Shown here piece after piece: positions 31,504 to 40,522 of a stretch of DNA of 64,000 bases. The position numbers were made by a program, and so were the translations under genes. The stretch's first letter is position 1. Each line of letters starts with the position of its first letter. Source of the DNA: an uncultured delta proteobacterium (lineage in GTDB: Bacteria > Myxococcota > Myxococcia > Myxococcales > Anaeromyxobacteraceae). The notes beneath the pieces are model-generated. The model was not told the origin of the DNA, did not search any database, and saw only the letters and a list, made by a program, of their open reading frames with translations. The DNA lies in the NCBI GenBank assembly GCA_963766715.1, contig CAVYBH010000015.1:32001-96000 (forward strand), in the 5' to 3' direction.

Positions 31504-32444
31504 GGCGGACCGGCCCCCGGGGCCGCCGTCCTCTCGCCGTGAAGCCGGACGCGATCGCGTCCCTCCTGCTTGGCGCGGTACATGGCGTCGTCCGCGCTCT
31601 CGAGGAGCTCGTCGAGCCCGATGGGGAAGGCGGTCGGACGGGCGGCGGCCACCCCGAGGCTCGCGCGGAGCTTCACCGGCTCGGACCCGCTCACCTGCAG
31701 CTCGATCGACTGGATCGCCGTCCGCATCCGCTCGGCCACGAGCCCTGCCTGGGCCAGCGAGGCGCTCGGGAGGACGACGAGGAACTCCTCGCCGCCCCAG
31801 CGCCCGGTGAAGTCGTAGTCCCTCTGGTTCTTCTGGAGCACGTCGGCGACCCGTCGAAGGGCCTCGTCCCCGGCGGCGTGACCGAACCGGTCGTTGATGA
31901 GCTTGAAGTGGTCGAGGTCCACCATGATGAGGCCGATGCTCGTCCGGGTGCGGGCGGCGCGGCTCAGCTCGACGCGGGCGCGCTCGTAGAGGGCGCGGCG
32001 GTTGGGAAGGCCGGTCAGGCTGTCCCGGGTGGCCAGCGCCTCCTCGCGCGCCAAGGACTCGCGGAGGCGCTTCTCCAGCTCGAGGATGCGCGCGCCCACG
32101 CCCATTCGCGCCAGCAGCTCCTCGGTCCGGAAGGGCTTCGTCATGTAGTCGTCGGCGCCCAGGTTGAGCCCCTCGACGACGTCGTCCCGCCCGCCCTTGG
32201 CGGTGACCAGGATGACGTAGGTGTACCCGGGCCAGCCCGCGTCGCGGATGCGGCGGATGAGCGCGGGCCCGTCCAGGCCAGGCATCATCCAGTCGACGAT
32301 GAGCAGGGGAATCGGCTCCTTCTGGAGCAGCTCCCACGCCTCGAGTCCGTCACCGACCGTGACAGGTTCGTACCCGGCGCGACGCAGCTGAGGCTCCAGC
32401 ATGCGGCGCAGCAGCAGGTCGTCATCGGCGATCAGGACCTTCAC
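31500..32444 (-). CDS. REC-GGDEF diguanylate cyclase
   Basis: VLIADDD, VDWMMPGLDG, ADDYMTKPF; DSLTGLPNRR, DLDHFKLINDRFGHAAGD, RDYD I-site, RWGGEEF. Confidence 0.95.
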   Translation of the reverse strand: MKVLIADDDLLLRRMLEPQLRRAGYEPVTVGDGLEAWELLQKEPIPLLIVDWMMPGLDGPALIRRIRDAGWPGYTYVILVTAKGGRDDVVEGLNLGADDYMTKPFRTEELLARMGVGARILELEKRLRESLAREEALATRDSLTGLPNRRALYERARVELSRAARTRTSIGLIMVDLDHFKLINDRFGHAAGDEALRRVADVLQKNQRDYDFTGRWGGEEFLVVLPSASLAQAGLVAERMRTAIQSIELQVSGSEPVKLRASLGVAAARPTAFPIGLDELLESADDAMYRAKQEGRDRVRLHGERTAAPGAGPP

Positions 32445-32538
32445 GGCAGCCCCCCCGGATCGACTGTAGAGCATCCGGGAGCCCACCTCAAAAACGCGGC
32501 CCGGCAGGTGGTACGGCGACCTACATCCGGCGCGGGGG

Positions 32539-33372
32539 TCACCCCGGGTGCGCGCGCGTGAGCCGCCGGTATGCGCCGAGGTGGCGCAGCGCGTCGGCGC
32601 GACGCCCCGCCCGCTCCTCGATCCGAGAGGCGTTGAAGTGGGCGTCGGCGAGGCCGGCGTCGGCGAGCAGGGCCTGGTGGTACGCCGCGAGCGCCTCCTC
32701 GTCGCGCCCCTGATCCTCGAGGGCGACGCCCAGGTTGAAGGCCGCCACCGGCGCCTGGGCGGCGTCCGCCAGCGCACGCCGGTAGTGCCCTTCCGCGGCG
32801 ACGGGGTCCCCGGCCTCGTGCAGGAGACGGCCAAGGTTCAGGTGCGCGCCGGCATGGCCGGCGTCGAGCGCCAGCGCGCCGCGGTAGGCGGCGAGCGCCT
32901 CGGACGGGGACGCCTCCTCCAGGTCGCAGCCGCTCGTGAAGAGCGCCCGCGCCTGCTCGACGACCCGGAAGGCCGGTTGGGCGTGCTGGCCTCGAAGCTG
33001 GGTCACCTCGCGCGTTCGCCGTGGACCGTCGAGATCGAGCAGCGTCTGGCCCGTCTCCGGGTTCCATCGCGCGCCGCCGTCCGATGCGACCACCTGGGTC
33101 CCCTCGCTCCCCACCTTCACGGCGCCGAGCGACCGGCCGGCCGGAAGCTGGGACCGGAGGCGCGCCAGCGCGCGGCGGACTCGTGCCGCGGGGAGCCGCG
33201 CCTGGAAGAGCCCGGAGGCGGCCCGCAGGACCGGGAGGTCCTCGAAGGAGAAGCGCAGCTCGTTTCGCGGTCCGCGCCGCGCCGGAACGAGCCCCTCGCG
33301 CGCGAAGCGGCGGACCTCCTCGACGGGCATCCCGAGCATCCGGGCCACGTCCCGCGCGCGGTATCCCCACAT
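32539..33372 (-). CDS. MerR-type HTH plus tetratricopeptide-repeat protein
   Basis: YRARDVARMLG..VRRFAREGLV..RFSFEDL (MerR HTH); AHLNLGRLL, AAFNLGVALE, AHFNA TPRs; 12 nt downstream of ku. Confidence 0.88.
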   Translation of the reverse strand: MWGYRARDVARMLGMPVEEVRRFAREGLVPARRGPRNELRFSFEDLPVLRAASGLFQARLPAARVRRALARLRSQLPAGRSLGAVKVGSEGTQVVASDGGARWNPETGQTLLDLDGPRRTREVTQLRGQHAQPAFRVVEQARALFTSGCDLEEASPSEALAAYRGALALDAGHAGAHLNLGRLLHEAGDPVAAEGHYRRALADAAQAPVAAFNLGVALEDQGRDEEALAAYHQALLADAGLADAHFNASRIEERAGRRADALRHLGAYRRLTRAHPG

Positions 33373-33384
33373 CCGCGCGCCCTC

Positions 33385-34263
33385 TCACTTCCGGGAGGTC
33401 GCGCGCGTCGTTCCCTCGCCCTCGCGCCGGGCCCGCTTCGCCGGGCGCCGCTCCTCGGGGGCCGCCGCCGGCGCGGTTCCCGGCCCGGCCTTGGCCGCGG
33501 CGAGGCTCGCCTTCAGCGCGTCGACGAGGTCGATCACCTGGGCCTGCGGCTCGGCGGGGGAGGCCACCTGGATCTGGCCGCCGCCCACCTTCTGCTCGAT
33601 GGCCTCGAGGACCCGCTTCTTCACCGCGTCCTCGTAGTGCTCGGGGTGGAAGGCCGGCGACGACGTCTGCTCGATGAGCTGGAGCGCCAGCTGCACCTCG
33701 GCCTCCTTCGGCTCCGGCGTGTCGACCACGATCTCGTCCAGGCTCCGGACCTCGTCCGGGTAGCAGAGCTGCTGCATCACCAGCCGTCCCGAGCTCGGGC
33801 GGATGAGCACCAGGTACTGCTTCCCGCGCGCGGCGTAGCGGGCGAGCGCCGCCTTGCCCGACTTGTCGAGCGCCTCGGCGAGCAGGCGGTAGGCCTTCGC
33901 GCCGCCCTTGTCCGGGCCGAGGTAGTAGGCCTTGTCGTAGTAGACCGGGTCGACCTGGGAGGCGGGCACGAACTCGGCGATGTCGATGGTCTGCGTGGCG
34001 ATCTCGTCGAGGGCCTTCAGCTCCTCGGACGTGAAGGTCACGTAGCGATCCTTCGCGAACTCGAACCCCTTCACCGTCTCCTCGCGAGGGACGACCTCGC
34101 CGTCCTTGGCGCAGACGTACTGCTGCTTGAGCCGCGAGCCGTCCTTGGCGTGCAGCATGTTGAAGGAGACGGTGGCCGAGGGCTGCGTCGCCGGAAAGAG
34201 CTTCACCGGGATCGAGACCAGGCCAAACGAGATCGTTCCACTGGCAATGGATCGAGGGGCCAT
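33385..34263 (-). CDS. ku: Ku protein (NHEJ)
   Basis: RSIASGTISFGLVSIPVKL, VKGFE, IDIAEFV, YYDKAYYL, VIDLVDALKASL, basic tail. Confidence 0.97.
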   Translation of the reverse strand: MAPRSIASGTISFGLVSIPVKLFPATQPSATVSFNMLHAKDGSRLKQQYVCAKDGEVVPREETVKGFEFAKDRYVTFTSEELKALDEIATQTIDIAEFVPASQVDPVYYDKAYYLGPDKGGAKAYRLLAEALDKSGKAALARYAARGKQYLVLIRPSSGRLVMQQLCYPDEVRSLDEIVVDTPEPKEAEVQLALQLIEQTSSPAFHPEHYEDAVKKRVLEAIEQKVGGGQIQVASPAEPQAQVIDLVDALKASLAAAKAGPGTAPAAAPEERRPAKRARREGEGTTRATSRK

Positions 34264-34293
34264 GCGCCCGCTAATAAGAGGGTCGAGGCGAAC

Positions 34294-36900
34294 GTGCCCG
34301 ACCGGCTGGATCGGTACCGCGAGAAGCGCGACCCACGGCAGACCCCTGAGCCCTTCGGGTCAGCCCGGGACGGCGCCGCCCGCGAGGCGACCCGGCGCCG
34401 CTTCGTCGTCCAGATGCACCGAGCCCGCCAATTACACTGGGATTTCCGGCTCGAGCTGGGCGGCACCCTCCGCAGCTGGGCGGTGCCCAAGGGGCCGTCG
34501 GCGGACCCCCGCGAGCGGCGCCTGGCGGTGGAGGTCGAGGACCATCCGCTCGAGTACGCCGACTTCGAGGGCGTCATCCCGGCAGGAAACTACGGCGCCG
34601 GGGCGGTCATCGTCTGGGATCAGGGCACCTGGGAGCCCGACGGCGATCCGGAGAAGGGGCTCGCGGACGGCAAGCTCGTCTTCCGGCTGCGAGGCCGCAA
34701 GCTTCGCGGGGAGTGGACCCTCGTCCGCACGCGCGGTGACGGGGGCGGGAAGCGGCAGTGGCTCCTCCTGAAGCACCGGGGAGACGCCTTCGTCGACCCC
34801 GAGGGCCGTCATCCCTTCTCGCCGGCGTCCGTGCTCTCCGGACGCACCGTCGAGGAGGTGGGCGCGGGCACGAGCCGCGCCGATGAGGCCGTCGAGGAGG
34901 CCGCTCGCCTCGGCGCACCGGTGCGCCGGATCCCCGTGGAGGACGAGCGCCCCATGCTGGCCACGCAGCGCGACGAGCCCTTCTCGCGGCCGGGCTGGCT
35001 CTTCGAGGTGAAGTACGACGGGTACCGCGCGCTGGCGCGGCGCGAGGGAGGCGCGGTGACGCTCCGCTACCGGAGCGGCGATCTGGCCACCTCCCGCTTC
35101 CCGGAGGTGGCGAAGGCGGTGGGCATGCTCCCGGTCGACGCGACCCTGGACGGGGAGCTGGTCGTGCTCGGTCCGGACGGCCGTCCGTCCTTCCAGGCGC
35201 TGCAGTCCCGCGGCCAGCTCGCCGGGAACGCCGACGCGGCGCGCGCGGCGCTGGAGAATCCGGCCACGCTGCACGTCTTCGACCTCCTCTCGGTGGGGGA
35301 CCGCGACGTGCGGGCCTTGCCGCTGCGGGAGCGGAAGCGGCTTCTCCGGATGGTGGTGCCGGACGAAGGCCCGGTGCAGTTCGCGGATCACGTCGAGGGC
35401 GACGGCCAGGCGCTCTTCCGCGAGGTGTCGTCGCGAGACCTGGAGGGCATCGTGGGGAAGAGAGGCGACTCGACGTACCGGTCCGGACGATCGGAGAGCT
35501 GGGTGAAGATCCGGCGCGACCGCACCGGGGACTTCGTGGTGGTCGGATTCACGTCTCCGCGCGGGAGCCGGTCCGGCTTCGGCGCCCTGCACCTGGCGGC
35601 CTGGCGGGGCGGCGGGCTGACCTACGCCGGGAGCGTGGGCACCGGCTTCTCCGAGCGGGAGCTCGAGGCCCTGCACGCCAGGCTGTCGGCGGCGGCCCGG
35701 CCTGAGCCGGCGTGCGCGGGGGAGGCGCCCAGGGGCCGGGGCAACACCTGGGTCGAGCCGGAGCTGGTCGTGGAGGTCCGATTCAAGGAGTGGACGCAGG
35801 ACGGGCTCCTGCGCCAGCCGGCCTTCCTCCGGGTCCGCGACGACAAGCGGCCCGAGGATGCGCTGCGGGTCGAGGGGGGCGAACCGACAGAGCCGCCGGA
35901 CCCTCCGGCCGCTCCGGAGCCGCCGGACCCCGCCGATGCGGACGCGGCCGCCCGGCAGGTGGAGGTCACGAACCCGGACAAGGTCTTCTTCCCCCAGGAC
36001 GGCCTCACCAAGGGCGACCTGGTCGCCTACTACCGGGCCATCGCGCCGCGGATGCTCCCGTTCCTGAAGGACCGACCGCTCGTCCTCACCCGCTACCCGG
36101 ACGGCATCGACGGCAAGAGCTTCTTCCAGAAGGACGCGCCCAGGTGGCGACCCGGCTGGATCCGGACGGTGCGCGTGCACAGCGAGGAGGCCGACCGCGA
36201 CCTCGACTGCTTCCTCGTCGACGACGAGGAAGGGCTGGCCTGGCTCGCCAACCTCGGGACCATTCCCATCCACGTCTGGTCCAGCCGGGCGGACGACCTG
36301 GGGCGGCCGGACTGGTGCATCGTCGACCTCGATCCCAAGGACGCCCCCTTCGCGCACGTGCTCGAGCTGGCCCTGGGCCTTCACGAGCTGTGCGAGGAGC
36401 TCGGGGTCCCTTCGTACGCGAAGACCACCGGCCAGAAGGGGCTTCACGTGCTCGTCCCGCTCGGGCGGCAGCTCACCCACGAGCAGTCGCGGGCCTTCGC
36501 CGAGTCGCTCGCCCGGACGCTGGAGCTGCGACACCCGGACGTCTCGACCACCGCGCGGTCGCTGGGGGCGCGGGGCGGGAAGGTCTACCTCGACTACCTG
36601 CAGAACGGCCTCGGGAAGACCATCGTCGCGCCCTACTCGGTCCGGCCTCGCCCGGGAGCGCCCGTGTCCGTGCCGCTCCGGTGGATCGAGGTGAATCGCC
36701 GGCTCGATCCCGCCTGGTTCACCATCCGGAACGTGCCGAGGCGCGCCGCCCGGATGCGGACCGACCCGCTCCTGCCGGTGCTCGACGGATCCCCCGACCT
36801 CGCCGGCGCGCTGCAGCGCCTGCGGGAGATCCTCAGCCGAAGCCCGCCACCGGGTGCGGAACGTACGGCTCCTCGAGCGAGGCGACCTCCTCGGGCGTGA
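34294..36900 (+). CDS. ligD: DNA ligase D (phosphoesterase-ligase-polymerase)
   Basis: PE: FVVQMH..LHWDFRLE..SWAVPKGPS..VEDHP; LIG: EVKYDGYR, EGIVGKR, WVKI; POL: NPDKVFFP, FFQK, DLDP, KTTGQKGLH. Confidence 0.97.
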   Translation: MPDRLDRYREKRDPRQTPEPFGSARDGAAREATRRRFVVQMHRARQLHWDFRLELGGTLRSWAVPKGPSADPRERRLAVEVEDHPLEYADFEGVIPAGNYGAGAVIVWDQGTWEPDGDPEKGLADGKLVFRLRGRKLRGEWTLVRTRGDGGGKRQWLLLKHRGDAFVDPEGRHPFSPASVLSGRTVEEVGAGTSRADEAVEEAARLGAPVRRIPVEDERPMLATQRDEPFSRPGWLFEVKYDGYRALARREGGAVTLRYRSGDLATSRFPEVAKAVGMLPVDATLDGELVVLGPDGRPSFQALQSRGQLAGNADAARAALENPATLHVFDLLSVGDRDVRALPLRERKRLLRMVVPDEGPVQFADHVEGDGQALFREVSSRDLEGIVGKRGDSTYRSGRSESWVKIRRDRTGDFVVVGFTSPRGSRSGFGALHLAAWRGGGLTYAGSVGTGFSERELEALHARLSAAARPEPACAGEAPRGRGNTWVEPELVVEVRFKEWTQDGLLRQPAFLRVRDDKRPEDALRVEGGEPTEPPDPPAAPEPPDPADADAAARQVEVTNPDKVFFPQDGLTKGDLVAYYRAIAPRMLPFLKDRPLVLTRYPDGIDGKSFFQKDAPRWRPGWIRTVRVHSEEADRDLDCFLVDDEEGLAWLANLGTIPIHVWSSRADDLGRPDWCIVDLDPKDAPFAHVLELALGLHELCEELGVPSYAKTTGQKGLHVLVPLGRQLTHEQSRAFAESLARTLELRHPDVSTTARSLGARGGKVYLDYLQNGLGKTIVAPYSVRPRPGAPVSVPLRWIEVNRRLDPAWFTIRNVPRRAARMRTDPLLPVLDGSPDLAGALQRLREILSRSPPPGAERTAPRARRPPRA

Positions 36901-37831
36901 GGCGGACCGAGAGCGCCGCCACCGCGTCCTCCAGGTGGCTGGCCTTCGTGGCGCCGACGATCGGGGCGGTGACCCCGGGCTTGCCGAGCAGCCAGGCCAG
37001 TGCGACCTGGGCGCGGGGGATCCCGCGCTTCTCGGCCACCTGGCCGACGCGGTCGATGACCTGGCGGTCGGCCGCTTCGGTGCGGGCGTAGAGGGTCTTT
37101 CCGAACTGGTCGGTCTCGAGACGCTTCGTGCTCTCGGCCTGCCAGGGGCGGGCGAGCCGTCCCCGGGCGAGCGGGCTCCAGGGGATGACCCCGATGCCCT
37201 CGGACTGGCAGAGCGGCATCATCTCCCGCTCCTCCTCCCGGTAGATCAGGTTGTAGTGGTTCTGCATGGAGACGAAGCGCGCCCATCCGTTCCGGCCGGC
37301 CAGGTAGAGCGCCTTCGCGAACTGCCAGGCGAACATGGACGACGCGCCCAGGTAGCGGACCTTCCCCGACTTCACCAGGTCGTGGAGGGCCTCGAGCGTC
37401 TCCTCGATGGGCGTCTCCGGGTCCCAGCGGTGGATCTGGAACAGGTCGACGTGGTCGGTCCCGAGGCGCCGCAGGCTCTCCTCGGCCTCGAAGAAGATGG
37501 CCTTGCGGGAGAGGCCGCGGCCGTTGGGCTCGTCGCGCATGAGGCCGTGGACCTTCGTGGCGATGACGACCGACTCGCGGCGGACGCTGCCCTTCAGGAA
37601 CCGGCCCAGCACCTCCTCGCTGGCGCCGCTCGAGTAGACGTTGGCGGTGTCGAAGAAGTTGATCCCGAGGTCCAGCGCCTGGCGGAGGAAGGGCTGGCTC
37701 GCCGCCTCGTCGAGCGCCCACGCGTGGCGGCCCGGTTGCAGGGCGCCGGTGGCCGGAGCCCCGTAGGTCATGCAGCCGAGGCAGATGCGGGATACCTGGA
37801 GGCCGGTGTTGCCGAGGCGGGTGTATTCCAT
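36833..37831 (-). CDS. Aldo/keto reductase
   Basis: LGNTGLQVSRICLGCMTYG, FFDTANVYS, IATK, SLRRLGTDHVDLFQIHRWD, QNHYNL, PWSPLARG; AGGAG RBS. Confidence 0.96.
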   Translation of the reverse strand: MEYTRLGNTGLQVSRICLGCMTYGAPATGALQPGRHAWALDEAASQPFLRQALDLGINFFDTANVYSSGASEEVLGRFLKGSVRRESVVIATKVHGLMRDEPNGRGLSRKAIFFEAEESLRRLGTDHVDLFQIHRWDPETPIEETLEALHDLVKSGKVRYLGASSMFAWQFAKALYLAGRNGWARFVSMQNHYNLIYREEEREMMPLCQSEGIGVIPWSPLARGRLARPWQAESTKRLETDQFGKTLYARTEAADRQVIDRVGQVAEKRGIPRAQVALAWLLGKPGVTAPIVGATKASHLEDAVAALSVRLTPEEVASLEEPYVPHPVAGFG

Positions 37832-37887
37832 GGTCTTTCTCCTCCGGGGAGTATGCACCGGGACGTGGGCTGGGTGGGCCAACGCGG

Positions 37888-38817
37888 TCAACGCGCGGCG
37901 CAGCGCTCCTGGACGAAGGCCCGCATCGCGTTCCAGGCTTCCCGGCTCTCGTCGAGCCACGGCAACGTGAGGGGCCAGTCGTGCTGCATCCGCTTGCCCA
38001 CGAGCAGGCGCGCGTCGGTGCCGGCGCGCGTCGCTCGCTCCGCGACGCGCACGGCGTCGTCCAGCAGGATCTCGTCCTCGCCGACGAGCAGGAAGAGCGG
38101 CGGCAACCCGGAGAGATCGGCGAAGAGCGGCGACAGGAGCGGCGTTCTCGGATCGGCGTCACCCACGTAGTAGCTCGCCCACCGGGAAAGGTGGGCACGC
38201 GTGAGCCAGCGATCGGTGCGGCGGTTGCCGTCCACGGACGCACCCGACGCCGAGAGGTCCGTCCACGGAGAGAGCAGGATCGCACCGGCGGGACTGGCTT
38301 CGCCGAGCTCTCGAACCCGGACCAACAGGCTCAGGACCAGTCCGCCGCCGGCCGAGTCGCCGGTGACGAACGTGGGCACTCCGGGGCGCATCGACCGGAG
38401 GTGCTGGTAGGCCAGGAGGACGTCCTCGAGCGCCGCAGGGAATGGGTGCTCCGGCGCGAGACGGTAATCTGGAACGAAGACCTCTGCGTCGAGTCGGTAG
38501 GCGAGCCGGATCGCACGATTTCGGTACGTGGCTGGCGATCCGAAGACGAACCCGCCGCCGTGCAGGTGGAGGACGGTGCAGCTGGGCGATCGGCCGGCGC
38601 GCACCGATTCGACCATCACCGGGCCCGCCCGGTGGTCGTCGAAGGAAACCTGGAGATGTTTGCGCCGGATCGCCTCCCGGCTCACGCTGGCGAAGCGCTC
38701 GAAGCGATCGCGCAAGGTCTGCGGCGGCGTGCTCGCCCGGAAAAGCGTGCTCGTGAAGAGCCCGTAGGCTTCCAGGGAAAACCAGCGCTTCCAGCGACGG
38801 GAGAGTCGGTCGGCCAT
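37888..38817 (-). CDS. Alpha/beta hydrolase, HSL-family esterase
   Basis: HLHGGGF, PDYRLAPEHPFPAALED, GDSAGG, LLSPWTD, EILLDD, MQHDW. Confidence 0.93.
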   Translation of the reverse strand: MADRLSRRWKRWFSLEAYGLFTSTLFRASTPPQTLRDRFERFASVSREAIRRKHLQVSFDDHRAGPVMVESVRAGRSPSCTVLHLHGGGFVFGSPATYRNRAIRLAYRLDAEVFVPDYRLAPEHPFPAALEDVLLAYQHLRSMRPGVPTFVTGDSAGGGLVLSLLVRVRELGEASPAGAILLSPWTDLSASGASVDGNRRTDRWLTRAHLSRWASYYVGDADPRTPLLSPLFADLSGLPPLFLLVGEDEILLDDAVRVAERATRAGTDARLLVGKRMQHDWPLTLPWLDESREAWNAMRAFVQERCAAR

Positions 38818-38931
38818 GGTCCGATCCACCTGGATGGCGCAATTGACCTTAATGCCGCCCGGCCGCGATTCACGGCGTCGAAACTGCGGGCGCTCGTTGA
38901 ATAAGCAGCTGGCCCGCGACGTTCTGTTTGC

Positions 38932-39588
38932 ATGCGTCGCCTCGCGCTCGTCCTGCTGCTCGCCGCCCCGCTCGCCGCGGCCGCGCAGTACCCCCCACCC
39001 TACGGGTACCCTCCCCCTCCGCCACCCCCTCCCGTGCGCGCCGCGCCGTACTACCCGCCTCCTCCACCGCCCGTGTACGTCGCGCCCCGGCCTCCTCCGC
39101 TGAGCCCCTTCTACTTCAATCTCGGGCTCGGCTACGGCGTCGAGACCTGGTACGCGCCCTACGGCTACGGCAGCTACGCCAGTCTCGGGGGGCTCGCCTA
39201 CCACGTCGAGGCCGGGCCGCGACTGGCGCCGCAGCTCCTGCTGGGGTTCGACCTGTCCGGCGTCACCACCTTCGGGAACGACCCGTACGGCGGAAGCAAC
39301 GGCGTGACCGTGATCGACTACGACGCCGTGGCCACCCTCTTCCCCTTCGTGCACGGCTTCTTCCTGCGCGGGGGCGGAGGGCTATCCACGCTCTCGTCGG
39401 TGTCGCCGTACGGAGTCGGGGTCACCTATTTCGGCGGCAACCTGCTCCTCGGCGCCGGCTGGGCGTTCCCGATGATGCTGCCCCTCCACCTCACGCTGGG
39501 TGTCGACTACACGCACCAGTTCTTCGGCGCGGTGGACGTGAACAGCCTGAACACCTGGATGATGCGGCTCGGGTTCGGGATTTACTGA
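38932..39588 (+). CDS. Probable outer-membrane beta-barrel protein with Pro/Tyr-rich N-terminus
   Basis: Signal peptide; YPPPYGYPPPPPPP; alternating Gly/aromatic strands; C-terminal RLGFGIY beta-signal. Confidence 0.75.
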   Translation: MRRLALVLLLAAPLAAAAQYPPPYGYPPPPPPPPVRAAPYYPPPPPPVYVAPRPPPLSPFYFNLGLGYGVETWYAPYGYGSYASLGGLAYHVEAGPRLAPQLLLGFDLSGVTTFGNDPYGGSNGVTVIDYDAVATLFPFVHGFFLRGGGGLSTLSSVSPYGVGVTYFGGNLLLGAGWAFPMMLPLHLTLGVDYTHQFFGAVDVNSLNTWMMRLGFGIY

Positions 39589-39593
39589 CGACG

Positions 39594-40007
39594 TCAGGCG
39601 CCCGGGTACCGGAACTCGATGGGCACCCCCACGTCGGGGTGGAGGCTGCGCGCGACCGGGCAGGTCCTGGCGATCTCCTCGAGGCGGGCGCGCTGCTCGG
39701 GTAGCACCTCGCGCGGCATGTCGATGACCAGGACGAGCTCCCCGATGCGGCGCGGCGGCGGCGTCATGCGCTTCTCCACCCTCGCACCGGCGTCGCCCCA
39801 GGTGAGCCCCTCGCGCTTGGCCACGAGCGCCATCGTGCTGAGGGCGCAGGATGCGAGCGCGGCGCCGACGAGGTCGGTGGGCGAGAAGCTCGACCCGTCC
39901 CCGCCGTTGTCGACCGGGGGCACGGTCGAGATGACCATTCCAGACGGTCCATGGGTCAGCTTGCAGGACAGGCCTGCGAGGGCAGCGGTCATCGGTACAC
40001 CAGCCAT
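39594..40007 (-). CDS. OsmC family protein
   Basis: TVPPVDNGGDGSSFSPTDLVGAALASC..TM...CPVARSL; GGAGG RBS. Confidence 0.92.
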   Translation of the reverse strand: MAGVPMTAALAGLSCKLTHGPSGMVISTVPPVDNGGDGSSFSPTDLVGAALASCALSTMALVAKREGLTWGDAGARVEKRMTPPPRRIGELVLVIDMPREVLPEQRARLEEIARTCPVARSLHPDVGVPIEFRYPGA

Positions 40008-40149
40008 GGGAACCTCCAGATCTCCAGCTTAACCGAGCACCTCGCATCCGTCTTCGAAGCCCTGGACGTGTGGTCTCCCGGGCATCCTGATTACCCGGAG
40101 GCCTCTTGCGTGCAGTCATCGGCCCCGCTGCGACTCCGTGCCAGACGGA

Positions 40150-40506
40150 TCACGGCCGCCGCAGCGCCCACACGTAGACGGCGATATTGACTCCCACCAC
40201 CGCGACCGCAAGAGCGACCCCCACCGCCGGCGAGAACGCCTCCGGGTACACGATCGGCACGACGTAGTGCTCGACGAACCCACCGCGGTAGCCCTGCTCG
40301 CCACCGAGCGCGCGGAGCCGATTCTCCAGGGGCGTGAGCGGGCAGATCCAGCCCCGGTACTCGACGGCGACTCCGTAGGCGGCACAGGGCAGGTGCAGGA
40401 ACGCCATCCAGCGCCGCCACCGGACGGCGATTCCCCCCAGCACGACGAACAGGATGAAGCCGAGGTGCGCGAGCAGCACGAGGTCGGCGAGGGCGCGAGA
40501 GACCAT
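40150..40506 (-). CDS. DUF2784 membrane protein
   Basis: LADLVLLAHLGFILFVVLGG..LHLP..ICPLTPLENRLR..GGFVEHY..IVYP. Confidence 0.9.
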   Translation of the reverse strand: MVSRALADLVLLAHLGFILFVVLGGIAVRWRRWMAFLHLPCAAYGVAVEYRGWICPLTPLENRLRALGGEQGYRGGFVEHYVVPIVYPEAFSPAVGVALAVAVVGVNIAVYVWALRRP

Positions 40507-40522
40507 GGGCCGAGCCGCGGTG

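Noticed and set aside
30079..32337. 752-aa ORF suggesting a longer signalling protein
   Set aside because: Its N-terminal part is an off-frame reading of the cyclase; the real genes meet at a GTGA overlap (31500-31503).
32548..34293. 1450-aa LigD with a long N-terminal extension
   Set aside because: The extension is the stop-free antisense of ku and the TPR gene; LigD homology begins at GTG 34294.
36833..36900. 68-nt convergent overlap of ligD and the aldo/keto reductase as antisense regulation
   Set aside because: The overlapping LigD tail is low-complexity and lies beyond the POL domain; such overlaps are common at high GC or may reflect an indel.
38986..39100. C-rich repeats as a VNTR or non-coding element
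   Set aside because: They encode the Pro/Tyr-rich linker of the outer-membrane protein.
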